In this document: in pieces, positions 53,301-62,565 of the stretch
Numbering within the stretch: the stretch's first letter is position 1
Layout: every line of letters begins with the position of its first letter
IMG/VR virus record: IMGVR_UViG_3300009008_000004
Span: 18,004-82,003 of that record
Direction: 5' to 3' (one strand)
DNA from: a virus
Taxonomy: Duplodnaviria > Heunggongvirae > Uroviricota > Caudoviricetes
DNA: 64,000 nucleotides
Translations under genes and position numbers: made by a program
Notes under the pieces: model-generated
Told to the model about the DNA's origin: nothing
What the model saw: only the letters and a program-made list of their open reading frames with translations
Database searches by the model: none

Positions 53301-54523
53301 CCAGCTTCGAGGTACACGTATGCACCGGTAGCAACCGTACCGGCTGCAACGCCAAGAACACTGGTGAACTGGTCAGGCGCTGTTACATTGCCGTCGGCCA
53401 AAATTCCGTGGCCTGCCCCATCAACATCAGTTTCAGTAAATTTGACCGCAATTTGATTACCGAAAGCTCCTACACCAACACCGGGAGTTACACTCTGGTC
53501 AGTGATGAACTTTTGGAATCCATGGGCCTCAAAATGGTACGCAGCAGTAGTAGTTACACCATCCGCCGACAATTGAATGTCTGTGTACGCGTGCCGGCCT
53601 GTTTGCAGGAGACGACTTGAGGTAGAACCTGTCCCAACTGGCCACAACAATTGGTTGTTTGGGAGTGCATCCAAATCCCACTCGTTACCTGTCAATTGAG
53701 TATCAAGCCAAAGCTCTTTTCCGCCGGGAACAGCGGTACCACCGCCAATGGGCTGCACATGTCCTTCGCGACCAAAGAACCGTTTACCACCCTGGTAGTT
53801 GATGGATTCCTGGTTTGCTGCGTAAGTGCCGGCACCCGCACCGTTATCATATGTAACGCCGACACGGTTATATCGGTTACGGTTGATGGCACTTTCATCA
53901 CTCAAGGTAACAATCGATCCACCCCAGATCCGCGCGACATTGATATTGGTCTCGTCGAAGGTGAGGTAGTCGATAATCCCCCGAGAATCGGGAAGAGACT
54001 TGTACGGGAAAACCATCGGGTTATTCTCGTAGTCACCACTTCCGTAGTACCGAATATCCTCAAAGCCGTTAAACCCGAGAATGGTATGCGCAGAGGTTGC
54101 CCCACCCGAGCGGAACATCAAGCTCGAGCTGTCTCCAGTAGAGACGGTCCGTACACGGATGGTGGTTCCAAAGTAGTCCCAATAGAGATACCCAGAAAAG
54201 GCCTCATTGAGCTTAGAACAGACCGTAGCAATCGGAAGAGTACCCACCGTAGTGAAGGTATACTCACGGTTCGTCCCGTCAACCTCGACATAAATGCTTT
54301 TTGCCGAAGCGCTGATCGCGTAAGTCGCGGTACCACCACCAGAGATGATGGGCGGGAGCGACAGCAGCGCACTGCTGTTCACCGAGCCGTCAGAACTCTG
54401 CATTTCGATGATCTGGTAACAAGGCCCGACAATACATGCCGGGAAGGTAGGACTGTAGATAGTCGGGGTGACAGTCTGCAGTACCTGCTGAATCGTCAAT
54501 CCGGGCTGAGGAATAGAAGCCAT
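50321..54523 (-). CDS. large (1400 aa) Thr/Gly/Ala/Ser-rich structural protein, putative tail fibre/host-recognition protein
   Basis: single 4.2-kb ORF, beta-rich low-charge composition, not helical like a tape measure. Confidence 0.65.
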   Translation of the reverse strand: MASIPQPGLTIQQVLQTVTPTIYSPTFPACIVGPCYQIIEMQSSDGSVNSSALLSLPPIISGGGTATYAISASAKSIYVEVDGTNREYTFTTVGTLPIATVCSKLNEAFSGYLYWDYFGTTIRVRTVSTGDSSSLMFRSGGATSAHTILGFNGFEDIRYYGSGDYENNPMVFPYKSLPDSRGIIDYLTFDETNINVARIWGGSIVTLSDESAINRNRYNRVGVTYDNGAGAGTYAANQESINYQGGKRFFGREGHVQPIGGGTAVPGGKELWLDTQLTGNEWDLDALPNNQLLWPVGTGSTSSRLLQTGRHAYTDIQLSADGVTTTAAYHFEAHGFQKFITDQSVTPGVGVGAFGNQIAVKFTETDVDGAGHGILADGNVTAPDQFTSVLGVAAGTVATGAYVYLEAGSGPGEAYNGWYILTGAGPVFTLTTLTGGAVTIISSVAADVGFTVSPGSYILPNVKNPVAGAAFPVEIEIEYCPAVCGAGGAAWTVAVPDICKAAALDTAMKANATIEPFLGPNTTVGSTNISYLDGSTSALLSDDLSGKIYGLNFGADPYNYAATSATQTYPTVLGECPLTAASFYGASSPLINKTITVRVNGGPVTSDTLDAADMTNEAGLLAALNALVTGGSPFTAEAAADIPYATEMYGSTSATLTTTSLVDASADVAALTYVEAARVGGATILAQITGDTVPRGSGTLGGTISTVSGINPATGTITLAASLGAGPYTVDYRLLTTGQKVLKCTLDATMCGNYAGYDAGIEFGGDAANMLFRGPYTTSTTDFTGKIFRGDPLRVQVGDKLYNAGSYVGTISAFANYTWNDGIVGAQTLTNAYLDLTEQNATVGTALGTWYISSQGITGAATDGQYQGNTTSDKPRSEVWFDTTNQLIYLKGGLNRDGGGVEYQSSTAQLAAGYTALRTDITAAGASPAVQIYSTYAEMETAIGPVNSSNPLALGVYLAMLNAPNIQVKAFGVEETSTLMAYGTTSAYAKAFDFLQSADVYAIAPMSDSPAVHELLDAHVTAMADPTTGKSERVCFVCEDSPTERTPTTCGSAPNTTAPFNKIAGTSFEVTIDAATGFNIAAVLAGKTDANGATVPISGAVTIENGLYITRTDDPFKYSVSEIKAGNVLKCRITGFSAGSGPGTTGNDDNFYATTMVEAGGDSPAWDADGETVTLYVRQASIDTTTSTGRAQLAAALASKATAYGYRRVRYVQPSSATYLESGSSTSIHGMYTCAALAGLCASTAPQQSFTGLTLAGIESVSGSWDLLSASDMDTAAGGGVWWLIQQDSYSAVETRHQLTTDVTSLQTREASITHVLDYITKRLRVSMQGLAGKFNLTRNFLDYVSILVSSVIGGMTGTIVSKITITNIYIDSQQPDTLYVDISVTPYYPANQINVTLVV

Positions 54524-54526
54524 GGT

Positions 54527-55180
54527 CTAGTTCCCTCCATTCAACAAAGTTTCCATGCGCATTGTAATATACTGAATCATAGGTTGGAAAGCCTCGTCAC
54601 CCGTTGCATCCAAATGCAACCGATCTTTTATGAGGAAAGGAGCCTGTACAGCGACGAGCTTCCATTCCGGCATTGAAGATCCCTGCACGAGAGCTCCAGC
54701 CGAGGTTTCCTGCCCAACTACGAGATTGTTGACAACCCCGTGAATACCCATTTTCTGCAGGACCTTTTCAAAAACCGGCACCAACCTAAATACGTAATAT
54801 GCCAATTTTCTCGCCTCCGCCCCCTCACGCGCAATACAATTGATGGTGAAGGCAGCGTTGATGAGTCCCTGGTAGTACGTGGAATTGTCGTTGATAAAGC
54901 TATCCATCGACAACATCTGAGACATCCCCTGCCCGGTCCATGTACTTGCTCCGAGCTGGGTAACTATTGCGGGTCGGGAGGACGAAGATTCCATCTGCAC
55001 CGGACCCTGATCAACAATGATAAGGTCAGTTTCAGTTTGGTTGCCTACCCAACGGTAGTCCCCGGGGGGCCGGGAGCTAAAAATCGCCTTCAACCAGGAG
55101 ACCCAGGCCCGCACCCCTTCCTGGAGAACATCCGGGATGGGATCCTTGAAAGGATGGTATGCGGTAACCGTACTACTCAC
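54527..55180 (-). CDS. structural protein (hypothetical)
   Basis: 217-aa ORF. Confidence 0.5.
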   Translation of the reverse strand: MSSTVTAYHPFKDPIPDVLQEGVRAWVSWLKAIFSSRPPGDYRWVGNQTETDLIIVDQGPVQMESSSSRPAIVTQLGASTWTGQGMSQMLSMDSFINDNSTYYQGLINAAFTINCIAREGAEARKLAYYVFRLVPVFEKVLQKMGIHGVVNNLVVGQETSAGALVQGSSMPEWKLVAVQAPFLIKDRLHLDATGDEAFQPMIQYITMRMETLLNGGN

Positions 55181-55706
55181 TCTTCTTCTCCTGTTTAGGC
55201 TGGTATTTCTTTACCAGGTAAGCCCCAAGGGCCCCGAGTCCAGCGCCTCCTACACCAAGCCCCAACGTCGCGAGAAGCCTACGGGAACGTGGCATACGTC
55301 GGATCTTACGTGAAACCAGGGGAAGGAGTGCTCGAGCAGAAAGTGTGCCCGCAGTACCCCCAAAGGTAGCGGCCATCGCTATCTGCTTTTTACTGTACTT
55401 CTTCCTTCTTCCACGAACCGAAGCATACACCAATTTGCCCGTCGGGGCTGGCGCTGGAGCGCGCCTCTGGACTCGGTTATAGGAACCGAGACTCCTCGCC
55501 AAGTACTTGTTGTCCGCTTGTGGTACAGACAGGTCTGTGCCGGCACCAACCCCCGCAGGCTGCATTGGGTTCTGCGTTTGCTTCTCGGGGGAACCAATGG
55601 CTACTCTGGATTCCGGAGTACCAGAACCCTCAGACCCACCCTGGAAACGACGGGAGCTCAGCTTTACCAACGTTTCCTCAAAGGTATGTTCGGGCGTCCA
55701 ACTCAT
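55173..55706 (-). CDS. hypothetical protein with C-terminal TM helix
   Basis: LATLGLGVGGAGLGALGAYLV near C-terminus. Confidence 0.45.
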   Translation of the reverse strand: MSWTPEHTFEETLVKLSSRRFQGGSEGSGTPESRVAIGSPEKQTQNPMQPAGVGAGTDLSVPQADNKYLARSLGSYNRVQRRAPAPAPTGKLVYASVRGRRKKYSKKQIAMAATFGGTAGTLSARALLPLVSRKIRRMPRSRRLLATLGLGVGGAGLGALGAYLVKKYQPKQEKKSE

Positions 55707-56602
55707 AGTCTGTACACTCCTCGCAGAGCATCATACTCTGGGTCCTTATCGTGACCGACATCCTGGGGGTTTGTAAATAGCCGCTGCGGAGCGGGGAACA
55801 TCGCAATCTTCTCCGCATCCGTCATATTCAAGGGGAGCTTGTACTCTATATCTCCCCGGGGGATCGCATGAAGAGGGAAGTCTTGGCGGACAAGAGCCCT
55901 TCCCTTCTCAACACGACGAATTCCTTCTCCTATCCGCCACCTACGATTTTCCGAGTCTATAACAATCCATCGCGGGTGAATTTCCGGATAATTTGACAAA
56001 CGACCTGTGGCGTTGATGTTCTGGATTTCTCCGAGGTCAGCAGTCGTAGTAGCTTCCGGGGGCATGATTATCTGCATGTTGAGTTCCATGGGACGATGGA
56101 AGCCCCCCACCCATCGAGTATCATAGCAGGCGAGGCACATGGATGTGCTTTTCCGCATCGTAACCGGATCAACACAGGTGCAGATTTGGCCGAAGGTCCT
56201 AATGGGGAATACCCACACTGTACGGCCTGTATACTCTTCCAACCGAATTTGGGCGTTCCGGGCCATCTCCATAGCGTACAAATCCAACTCTGCCCGAAGA
56301 GTTACTCCCCCCTGGGGAGGGTAGTACGCAGATGGGTTTCCCGCCCGTCGCTTATCAATTATCCTAATGCGATAAAACCATTGGCGGTACTGAGATTTTT
56401 GCCCGCGGAGGGTTGTATCCCGGAAACGGAAAGTATCGGAAAAGGGCCCTACGAGGGTAACGTACCCGCTGTGTTCATGGTCGCTGCGCTCAATATAGAA
56501 GTCGTAGTCGAAAAGATCCTCGGTTGTAGGCGCAATTTCCCAGTATAGATCCAGGTAATCCAGATCAAAGCTACGTACCCGAAAATTTTTGACCTCCAAC
56601 AT
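55703..56602 (-). CDS. structural protein (hypothetical)
   Basis: 299-aa ORF. Confidence 0.5.
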   Translation of the reverse strand: MLEVKNFRVRSFDLDYLDLYWEIAPTTEDLFDYDFYIERSDHEHSGYVTLVGPFSDTFRFRDTTLRGQKSQYRQWFYRIRIIDKRRAGNPSAYYPPQGGVTLRAELDLYAMEMARNAQIRLEEYTGRTVWVFPIRTFGQICTCVDPVTMRKSTSMCLACYDTRWVGGFHRPMELNMQIIMPPEATTTADLGEIQNINATGRLSNYPEIHPRWIVIDSENRRWRIGEGIRRVEKGRALVRQDFPLHAIPRGDIEYKLPLNMTDAEKIAMFPAPQRLFTNPQDVGHDKDPEYDALRGVYRL

Positions 56603-56623
56603 ATGGATTACGTTCCTTCTCCA

Positions 56624-57184
56624 TTACGAATTATAGACATTGATTTCCCGTTTCGGTTTAAGAGCAGCTGCAGCACCACCAGTGAGAACCAAGCCCCCAG
56701 TAGTAACCCCAAGCGCAGGACTCTTCTTGTACACATTGACTATCCCATCCAGCGGCTTGAGCCACTTGTTGGACTCTTTTGCAGCACCCCGGCGATACGC
56801 TTTCCGAATCTTCCGGCCCTGCTGACCAAGCTGCGTCAATCGGTCAACCTTCTTACCCTGCTTTCCAACAGTACCAGTAGCCAAGCTTTTCAGCGCACGA
56901 AACCCACGAGAAAGGTACGGCTTGAGAGCCTTATCCCAAATGCCAGCTTCCTTGACCATCTCGGGGGTGATCCGAGCGTTAGCGCCAATACTCGCCACAA
57001 AAGCGAGCTTGGCCAGGAGAGCCTCGTCCCCCCCTTCCTCGGGAGCAGCAACAGTTGCTCTATCAGTAACAAGGAGTTCTTCGCGAGTCATCGCACCGAC
57101 TACGGAGGCCAACTTCACTTGCCGGGCCACATCGTCGGCGGTGTCCTTCTGGCAGTCGGCCAGGAATTGGGTCAAGGCATCCAT
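56624..57184 (-). CDS. hypothetical protein
   Basis: 186-aa ORF. Confidence 0.45.
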   Translation of the reverse strand: MDALTQFLADCQKDTADDVARQVKLASVVGAMTREELLVTDRATVAAPEEGGDEALLAKLAFVASIGANARITPEMVKEAGIWDKALKPYLSRGFRALKSLATGTVGKQGKKVDRLTQLGQQGRKIRKAYRRGAAKESNKWLKPLDGIVNVYKKSPALGVTTGGLVLTGGAAAALKPKREINVYNS

Positions 57185-57843
57185 TATACACTCCGCGGGT
57201 TCTTCAGCTTATCCAGCAGAGGTTTTGGGGCCTCTACCTTCTTATTCATGGAGACTACCGAAGGCTGCTTTATAGGCTTTACTGCAGAAGGAAGCTTAGG
57301 CCTCGGTACCTTTGGGGGCTTGTACCCCTGCACCAGCTGCCGTGCAGACCGGAATTTCCCGGGCGGAGCCTTCGACAAAGTAGGCTTGGGTACTACCTTA
57401 GGCATTTTCGAGCGCTGCAAAAACTTACCTGCCTTTTGAGCCTTCTGGGCTTTTCGCAGAAGTTTATAGGCGCGAGCAAAAGTCCCGGCGGACGCCATCT
57501 TAGGCATACCCTGCTGCGGCTGCCCCTGCGTCGGATCCACTCCCTGCTGCTCTGAAGCTTCTTCCGGAGCCGGGTTTTTGGAGAACAGAGAGATAACTGG
57601 AGACTTCTGCATGTTCTCCAGCACCTTCCGCAGCATCTGTTCCTTATCCGGCTGTGCAGCACCTGCGTGACCTTGGCCAGTGGGTGGCGCGGCCGGCATT
57701 GCTCCACCTGCGGGCTGCGGGGCAGAGGGGACAGCGGCAACTTGTTGGGCTTCTTTCTTCAAATGTACAAAATCGAAGGGGGCTGAAAGCTTTTCTGTCA
57801 GCTCCTCTTCGCGTAGAAAGGCTTCTCTGAGATAACGTTCCAT
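57184..57843 (-). CDS. Pro/Lys-rich basic protein (possible internal/DNA-associated protein)
   Basis: 219 aa, KPxxPK repeats. Confidence 0.45.
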   Translation of the reverse strand: MERYLREAFLREEELTEKLSAPFDFVHLKKEAQQVAAVPSAPQPAGGAMPAAPPTGQGHAGAAQPDKEQMLRKVLENMQKSPVISLFSKNPAPEEASEQQGVDPTQGQPQQGMPKMASAGTFARAYKLLRKAQKAQKAGKFLQRSKMPKVVPKPTLSKAPPGKFRSARQLVQGYKPPKVPRPKLPSAVKPIKQPSVVSMNKKVEAPKPLLDKLKNPRSV

Positions 57844-58226
57844 TAGAGTGACCTCGTCTGCGTACCCTGATAGACATCGTCATACAGGCGAATGATTATT
57901 CCTGCGGGACCCGCGGCATTGATGGAATACGTCAGCACAAGCGGGAGCGGAATACCTTTTGTATAAAAGAGTTGTCCGGGTCCTGTAAGCTGAGGGGAAC
58001 CCCCAACTGCCCCAGCTATATCCTCTCCGACCAGGAAGTGGGTGGTGGCATCGGCAGGAGTCAGGGATGCATCCAGGTCAATAACATCAAGACCAACGTT
58101 CCCGGAGACTACTTGTACAATAGCCTGAGAAAAGAGGTCCGCGTAAGGAATGGTGTATGTCCCCGAAGCGCCCGCTGCAAGGGTCAAGCGGATTACCCGC
58201 TGGGGAGCTGCGGTTATAGACGCCAT
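57843..58226 (-). CDS. small structural protein, paralog A
   Basis: shares VLFYTKG(L/I)..PLVL(S/T)Y...LYDDVYQGT(K/Q)TRSL with next gene. Confidence 0.5.
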   Translation of the reverse strand: MASITAAPQRVIRLTLAAGASGTYTIPYADLFSQAIVQVVSGNVGLDVIDLDASLTPADATTHFLVGEDIAGAVGGSPQLTGPGQLFYTKGIPLPLVLTYSINAAGPAGIIIRLYDDVYQGTQTRSL

Positions 58227-58606
58227 TACAACGACCTCGTCTTAGTGCCCTGGTATACATCATTATACAGGCGGATCTGCAACACAGCATCGGAAACAGC
58301 CCCAATGGCATACGAGAGAACCAACGGTATTGCCAGGCCCTTGGTATAGAACAGGACTCCTTGCCCTGTTAGCTGCCAGTGGGCAGGGACAGTGCCCGCG
58401 ATGTTCTCCCCAACACGGAAGAGTGTACCGGCTACTGCGGGGGTAAATGATGCCAGGAGATCGTAAGTATCCCCGGCATTACCGGACAATACTTGGACAA
58501 CCGCTGCCGAGAAATTCTCGGAGTACGGAATGTCATAAGTGTCCGTGGTATTCTTCGTCAACGTAAGCGATATGTTGCGCCGGCATGTTGCGGTGGTAGA
58601 TACCAT
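58226..58606 (-). CDS. small structural protein, paralog B
   Basis: tandem paralog of 57843-58226. Confidence 0.5.
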   Translation of the reverse strand: MVSTTATCRRNISLTLTKNTTDTYDIPYSENFSAAVVQVLSGNAGDTYDLLASFTPAVAGTLFRVGENIAGTVPAHWQLTGQGVLFYTKGLAIPLVLSYAIGAVSDAVLQIRLYNDVYQGTKTRSL

Positions 58607-59073
58607 TAGTTGAGCTCCTCGCTACGGTCGAAGTTAGGCTCGTAGAAGTCGCTGGTAACTCCCCCACCCATGGCCTGCCGGACATTAAGGCGAGCAATCA
58701 GCTTCATCTTTCTACGCTCCCACTCCGCGGTCAACCGATTTATCAAATTGAGATAAATTGGTGCCTTGTCCGATTCATTGACCTGCACACCCTGCCCATC
58801 GGAGTACGTAAGATGGTTTCGGGCCTGCAAAAACGTGACCGATTCGAGCAAGTATTTCGCGGCACCAATCTTCAATAGAGAAATCGCGGGGAAGGTATCA
58901 GGAGTAAACGCCCCCAAAGGGGAATCCAAATTAAAGTCCTCAATGGCATCAAGAATCGCCATAGCGATGGAACGCTTGCTCGACTCCTCATCTTTAATAA
59001 GACGGTTGAGTTCGGGGAAGTCCCGCAAGTACGCACGAACTACCTCAACAAGCTGTTCCAGACGTGACGCCAT
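58606..59073 (-). CDS. hypothetical protein
   Basis: 155-aa ORF. Confidence 0.5.
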   Translation of the reverse strand: MASRLEQLVEVVRAYLRDFPELNRLIKDEESSKRSIAMAILDAIEDFNLDSPLGAFTPDTFPAISLLKIGAAKYLLESVTFLQARNHLTYSDGQGVQVNESDKAPIYLNLINRLTAEWERRKMKLIARLNVRQAMGGGVTSDFYEPNFDRSEELN

Positions 59074-59379
59074 TTAGTCTTCCTTCTTTTTCTTAGTCGA
59101 CTTCCGCTTCTTCCGTTTCTTCGGCTTGATCTCTACTACATCGTCGGGTGTTCCGAGTTCTCCATCAGGCCCAGGAGAAATTTCAACGCTGACAATCCCA
59201 ACGTCTACTTCGATCTTTTTCTCCGGTTCAGGAGGAGGTGTAGCTGACAGAAAGCCCACGTCGAGAAGATGCTTTAGCTGCGAAGACATGTGCGGGATAT
59301 CCGCAAAGCTTCCTGCCCGAACCTTCCCTACCTGCGGGACGACAACATCAAAGTTCGATGTATTCCATACGCGTAGCAT
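59074..59379 (-). CDS. hypothetical protein with poly-Lys C-terminus
   Basis: ends KPKKRKKRKSTKKKKED. Confidence 0.45.
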   Translation of the reverse strand: MLRVWNTSNFDVVVPQVGKVRAGSFADIPHMSSQLKHLLDVGFLSATPPPEPEKKIEVDVGIVSVEISPGPDGELGTPDDVVEIKPKKRKKRKSTKKKKED

Positions 59380-59814
59380 TTACTTCTTCCCCTTAGAACT
59401 CTTCTTCTTAGTAGCCTTCTTCTTGGGCTTCGGTGCTTCCTTCTCCGGTTCTGGTTCCGGTTCCGGCTCGGGTTCCGGCTCGGGTTCCGGCTCGGGAATA
59501 GGCTCTGGTTCGGGAGTAGGCTCTGGTTCAGGCTCAGGAGTAGGTTCGGGCTGCCCAACAACCTCGGGACCGTCCATATCCTCTGCCATTACCAACTCAA
59601 AGAGGCCGGCGTCAATGGCCTTATCAAGAAGCGCGGCGTACCGGACAAAGATATCGCCGGTAATAGTCACCTGCCCTCCAGGAGCAAGGCGGTAAGGACC
59701 AAACTTGATAATCCCAGACTCAAACAGCTTCCGGAGTTCCGGGTGCTTCGCTTTTGCCATGGCCCAGGCCTTTGCCAAGGTGCGTGGCGCGCGGATGGTA
59801 TATTGGGTTGCCAT
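59380..59814 (-). CDS. hypothetical protein with (PE)n linker and Lys-rich C-terminus
   Basis: [37 protein letters not shown] then [14 protein letters not shown]. Confidence 0.5.
   Translation of the reverse strand: MATQYTIRAPRTLAKAWAMAKAKHPELRKLFESGIIKFGPYRLAPGGQVTITGDIFVRYAALLDKAIDAGLFELVMAEDMDGPEVVGQPEPTPEPEPEPTPEPEPIPEPEPEPEPEPEPEPEPEKEAPKPKKKATKKKSSKGKK
59444..59550. repeat. tandem hexanucleotide-type repeat (GGTTCCGGCTCG-like) encoding PE repeats
   Basis: ggttccggctcgggttccggctcgggttccggctcggg... visible in sequence. Confidence 0.6.
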
Positions 59815-59918
59815 GATTAACTCCTAACGTCGGTTATCAAAATGAACCACAAATACTGGTGAGCCCCCGTTCCGAAAGGAGCCGGGGGCCCATTCACCAA
59901 AAGGCAAGGCACCCAGGC

Positions 59919-61064
59919 TTAGTACGTCCACAGACCCGGGTAGGTGTAACCGTCGGCAACCTGGTTGTTGACTGCGCCAAGCGCGGTCTCAGCAGCCGGG
60001 GCAACCGTCGCACGAATGTTTGCCACACCCGGTGCGATGGTATTACCAGACATCAGCTCCAGGCGGTTGACAGCGGCAATATTGGCGAGGCCCATGCCGA
60101 TGTTTTCCCATGCCCAGAAAGAGATGCTGCGAGCTTCCTTCTTCACATAGAACTTGACGTTGTCCAGGATGTAGGACTTTCCGAAGAAAGCCGGATCCGT
60201 GAAACCATAGACAAATCCGTCGTGAAGCAGGTTACCCTTCAGGGTGGTGAGGATCTGGTAGCCAAGTACGGTGTTGTACTTGTAACCCTTCACCATGACG
60301 TCCTTGGTCAGAACGTGACCGAGGTCGGCAGCAGTCAGCTGTCCGAAGTCTGCGAAGGTATACTCAGTCATCAGAACCTTGGACATCCGCAATGCGCGGC
60401 CCGACAGAGTGAACAGCTTTGCCAAGTAGGCAATGTCCACTTTCTGGATCGGGTTCACAGTTGCGTTATCAGCAACTGCGACGGCAGCAAGCTCACCCTT
60501 GACGGTGGCGTCACGGACATTACCAGCACCGGCTACGGTAGCGTTGGTAACCCAAGTGGTGTTGTCGTTGGGATCTCCACCATTCGCGAGAGCTTCGCGG
60601 GCTTCGATGCACGACATGATATGGACCAGGAAGTACCTGTCCTCAATTTCCTGGATATCCTTCACAATGTTGTTCTTGATAACATCGGAAATCGGGTAGG
60701 TATAGGTCCGGAGTTCTTCGGTGTAACCTTCCCACTTCAGGGAGCTAACAGTGAAGAACGCGACAGCCATCCGGCGTCCCTTGATGAGGCGGGGGTCCGG
60801 CTCACCTCTGAACGAGATCGACATTGCACGGGAGCCGGGCTCCACGTCGACGATCTTGTAGACAGTGTCGTGGTAAAGGGACCGCTGGCATTCAGCAACA
60901 GTCACGGGTTTGGGCGGAAGAATCTTCCGGCAAAAGGACATCTCACGCAGCTTATCACGAACATAGGCGGAGCCGGCGGCAGCCAGCTTCTCTTTCTCAC
61001 CGCTCATGTCATCAGCCTTGGAGATGAACAATTCATTGAGTACGCTTGCAGGCATATTTTCCAT
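59919..61064 (-). CDS. putative major capsid protein (HK97-fold candidate)
   Basis: 381 aa from ATG with AGGAGGAGAA RBS; position downstream of scaffold-like acidic proteins. Confidence 0.5.
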   Translation of the reverse strand: MENMPASVLNELFISKADDMSGEKEKLAAAGSAYVRDKLREMSFCRKILPPKPVTVAECQRSLYHDTVYKIVDVEPGSRAMSISFRGEPDPRLIKGRRMAVAFFTVSSLKWEGYTEELRTYTYPISDVIKNNIVKDIQEIEDRYFLVHIMSCIEAREALANGGDPNDNTTWVTNATVAGAGNVRDATVKGELAAVAVADNATVNPIQKVDIAYLAKLFTLSGRALRMSKVLMTEYTFADFGQLTAADLGHVLTKDVMVKGYKYNTVLGYQILTTLKGNLLHDGFVYGFTDPAFFGKSYILDNVKFYVKKEARSISFWAWENIGMGLANIAAVNRLELMSGNTIAPGVANIRATVAPAAETALGAVNNQVADGYTYPGLWTY

Positions 61065-61077
61065 TGTTCTCCTCCTA

Positions 61078-61725
61078 TTAAGCCACGGTGAGCTGCTGCT
61101 GGAACGGCATGCTATAAATCTGCGCCAGCAACGGTGCACCCGCAACGGCTGCTTCCATCGCTACACCAACAATCCAAATATTCTGGCCTATACCAGCGAT
61201 TGTATGGATGTTACCAGTAGTCGCTACCGTGGTCGGGGTTGTAAGAATGCCCTTGATGCCAGTAAAGCCCATCGAGGTCACGAACTTCGCATTGTCGCCA
61301 TCGGCGTATACAACACAGAGCTCCTCACCCGCGGCGATACCAGTCTCGGCTGCCCACATGTAAGTGTCGATTTCGATGGTTCCCTGAACGATGATGGGAA
61401 CCTTCTGGACGGCCTGCACATCAGTGCCGCCACGCTCGTACCACACCAGGGCCGGGCGGGTCACACAATTGACGGTCCCACTAATGGTACTATGGGTAGC
61501 GTCAATATCATTTGCGCTTGGATCCTGGGAAGGCCGGTCGATGCCGTCAGATGCGGTCATCTGGACCCACTCCCCGACGTCGCAGTACGCTGCATTGTTC
61601 GGGTTATACGAAATACGGTCAGTGCTTGCTACAGCATAGTCCCGCACGCGGATATCCTTCACAATGGAGGTCCGGAGCGTCATGGAGCGGCCTTTGTCTT
61701 TGTATACTCCATTGATAAGGGCCAT
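61078..61725 (-). CDS. Gly/Thr-rich beta protein (head-associated, hypothetical)
   Basis: 215-aa ORF between scaffold-like genes and capsid gene. Confidence 0.45.
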   Translation of the reverse strand: MALINGVYKDKGRSMTLRTSIVKDIRVRDYAVASTDRISYNPNNAAYCDVGEWVQMTASDGIDRPSQDPSANDIDATHSTISGTVNCVTRPALVWYERGGTDVQAVQKVPIIVQGTIEIDTYMWAAETGIAAGEELCVVYADGDNAKFVTSMGFTGIKGILTTPTTVATTGNIHTIAGIGQNIWIVGVAMEAAVAGAPLLAQIYSMPFQQQLTVA

Positions 61726-61736
61726 AGCTCTCCTCC

Positions 61737-62084
61737 TTAGCTAGTCAAAAAAGTTTCAAGTGCATCCGAATTCCCGGCGTCGGCAGAGTCATCTACCTGT
61801 GCGGGAGAAAGGTCACCCACCTGCATCTGCACGGCCTGCGCCAGAACTTCCAGATCTTGGCCAGAGTCAAGAAGAGCGGCGACCTTCTCCTGACGCGGAG
61901 CATCGGGGTCTACAAGTCCTCTCTCTTCCATCTCAGCTACCAGAGCTTCAGCTTTAGCCTGCTTTTCCAGGTCAGCAGTCTTCTCTCTTGCCGCGGAAAC
62001 CTCCTCAGCAAGAGCACGGAGCATTGTCGGTATCTGCTGAAGAACTTCAGCAATTTTTTCCATTTCATTACTCATCGGTACCAC
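61737..62084 (-). CDS. acidic coiled-coil protein (scaffold-like)
   Basis: 115 aa, EKQAKAEALVAEMEERG helical. Confidence 0.45.
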   Translation of the reverse strand: MVPMSNEMEKIAEVLQQIPTMLRALAEEVSAAREKTADLEKQAKAEALVAEMEERGLVDPDAPRQEKVAALLDSGQDLEVLAQAVQMQVGDLSPAQVDDSADAGNSDALETFLTS

Positions 62085-62553
62085 CTCCTACAAGGTCGAG
62101 TACCGTCTTCACTGAAGCCGGCGACGACTTGGGAGCTACGGGGGCCGAAGCCTCCTTGATCTTGCTAACCCACCCTTCGAGGGTCCCCTTGATCTGCTCA
62201 TTAGCGTCGTCTGTTGAATCGGAGGTATCGCTCTGTACCTCGGCCTCGGGAGTGAGGTGGGCCAGTTTCTGGAGGACATGCTCTCGAATTTCTGCGGTAT
62301 CCCCAGCAGGAGCTGCCTCCGCCTGCTTGACGGAAGCAACTTTCTGCTTGAGATATTCTCCGAGATCAAGCTGATCCCCATCAGACTCTACCTGCTTCTC
62401 AGCAGCCAGGGCCTCGATGATACCCTCCACGGACTGTGCCACCTTCTCCACGAACCCAAGGTCCAACGGAACGACCTCCTGAGTGGACTGATTCCCAGAA
62501 TCGATGTTGCGCGCTTCCAGGTCATTCACCAGTAGGTCTTGAAGTGACGACAT
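62068..62553 (-). CDS. acidic hypothetical protein
   Basis: 161 aa, highly acidic. Confidence 0.45.
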   Translation of the reverse strand: MSSLQDLLVNDLEARNIDSGNQSTQEVVPLDLGFVEKVAQSVEGIIEALAAEKQVESDGDQLDLGEYLKQKVASVKQAEAAPAGDTAEIREHVLQKLAHLTPEAEVQSDTSDSTDDANEQIKGTLEGWVSKIKEASAPVAPKSSPASVKTVLDLVGGGTDE

Positions 62554-62565
62554 ATCCGCTCCTCC

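Noticed and set aside
50321-54523. 1400-aa protein as tape measure protein
   Set aside because: Composition is Thr/Gly/Ser-rich without coiled-coil heptads; tape measure proteins are predominantly alpha-helical.
59444-59550. CRISPR-like or satellite repeat
   Set aside because: The repeats are 6-12 nt tandem units lying in frame inside a coding region that encodes (PE)n. There are no spacers, so this is not a CRISPR array.
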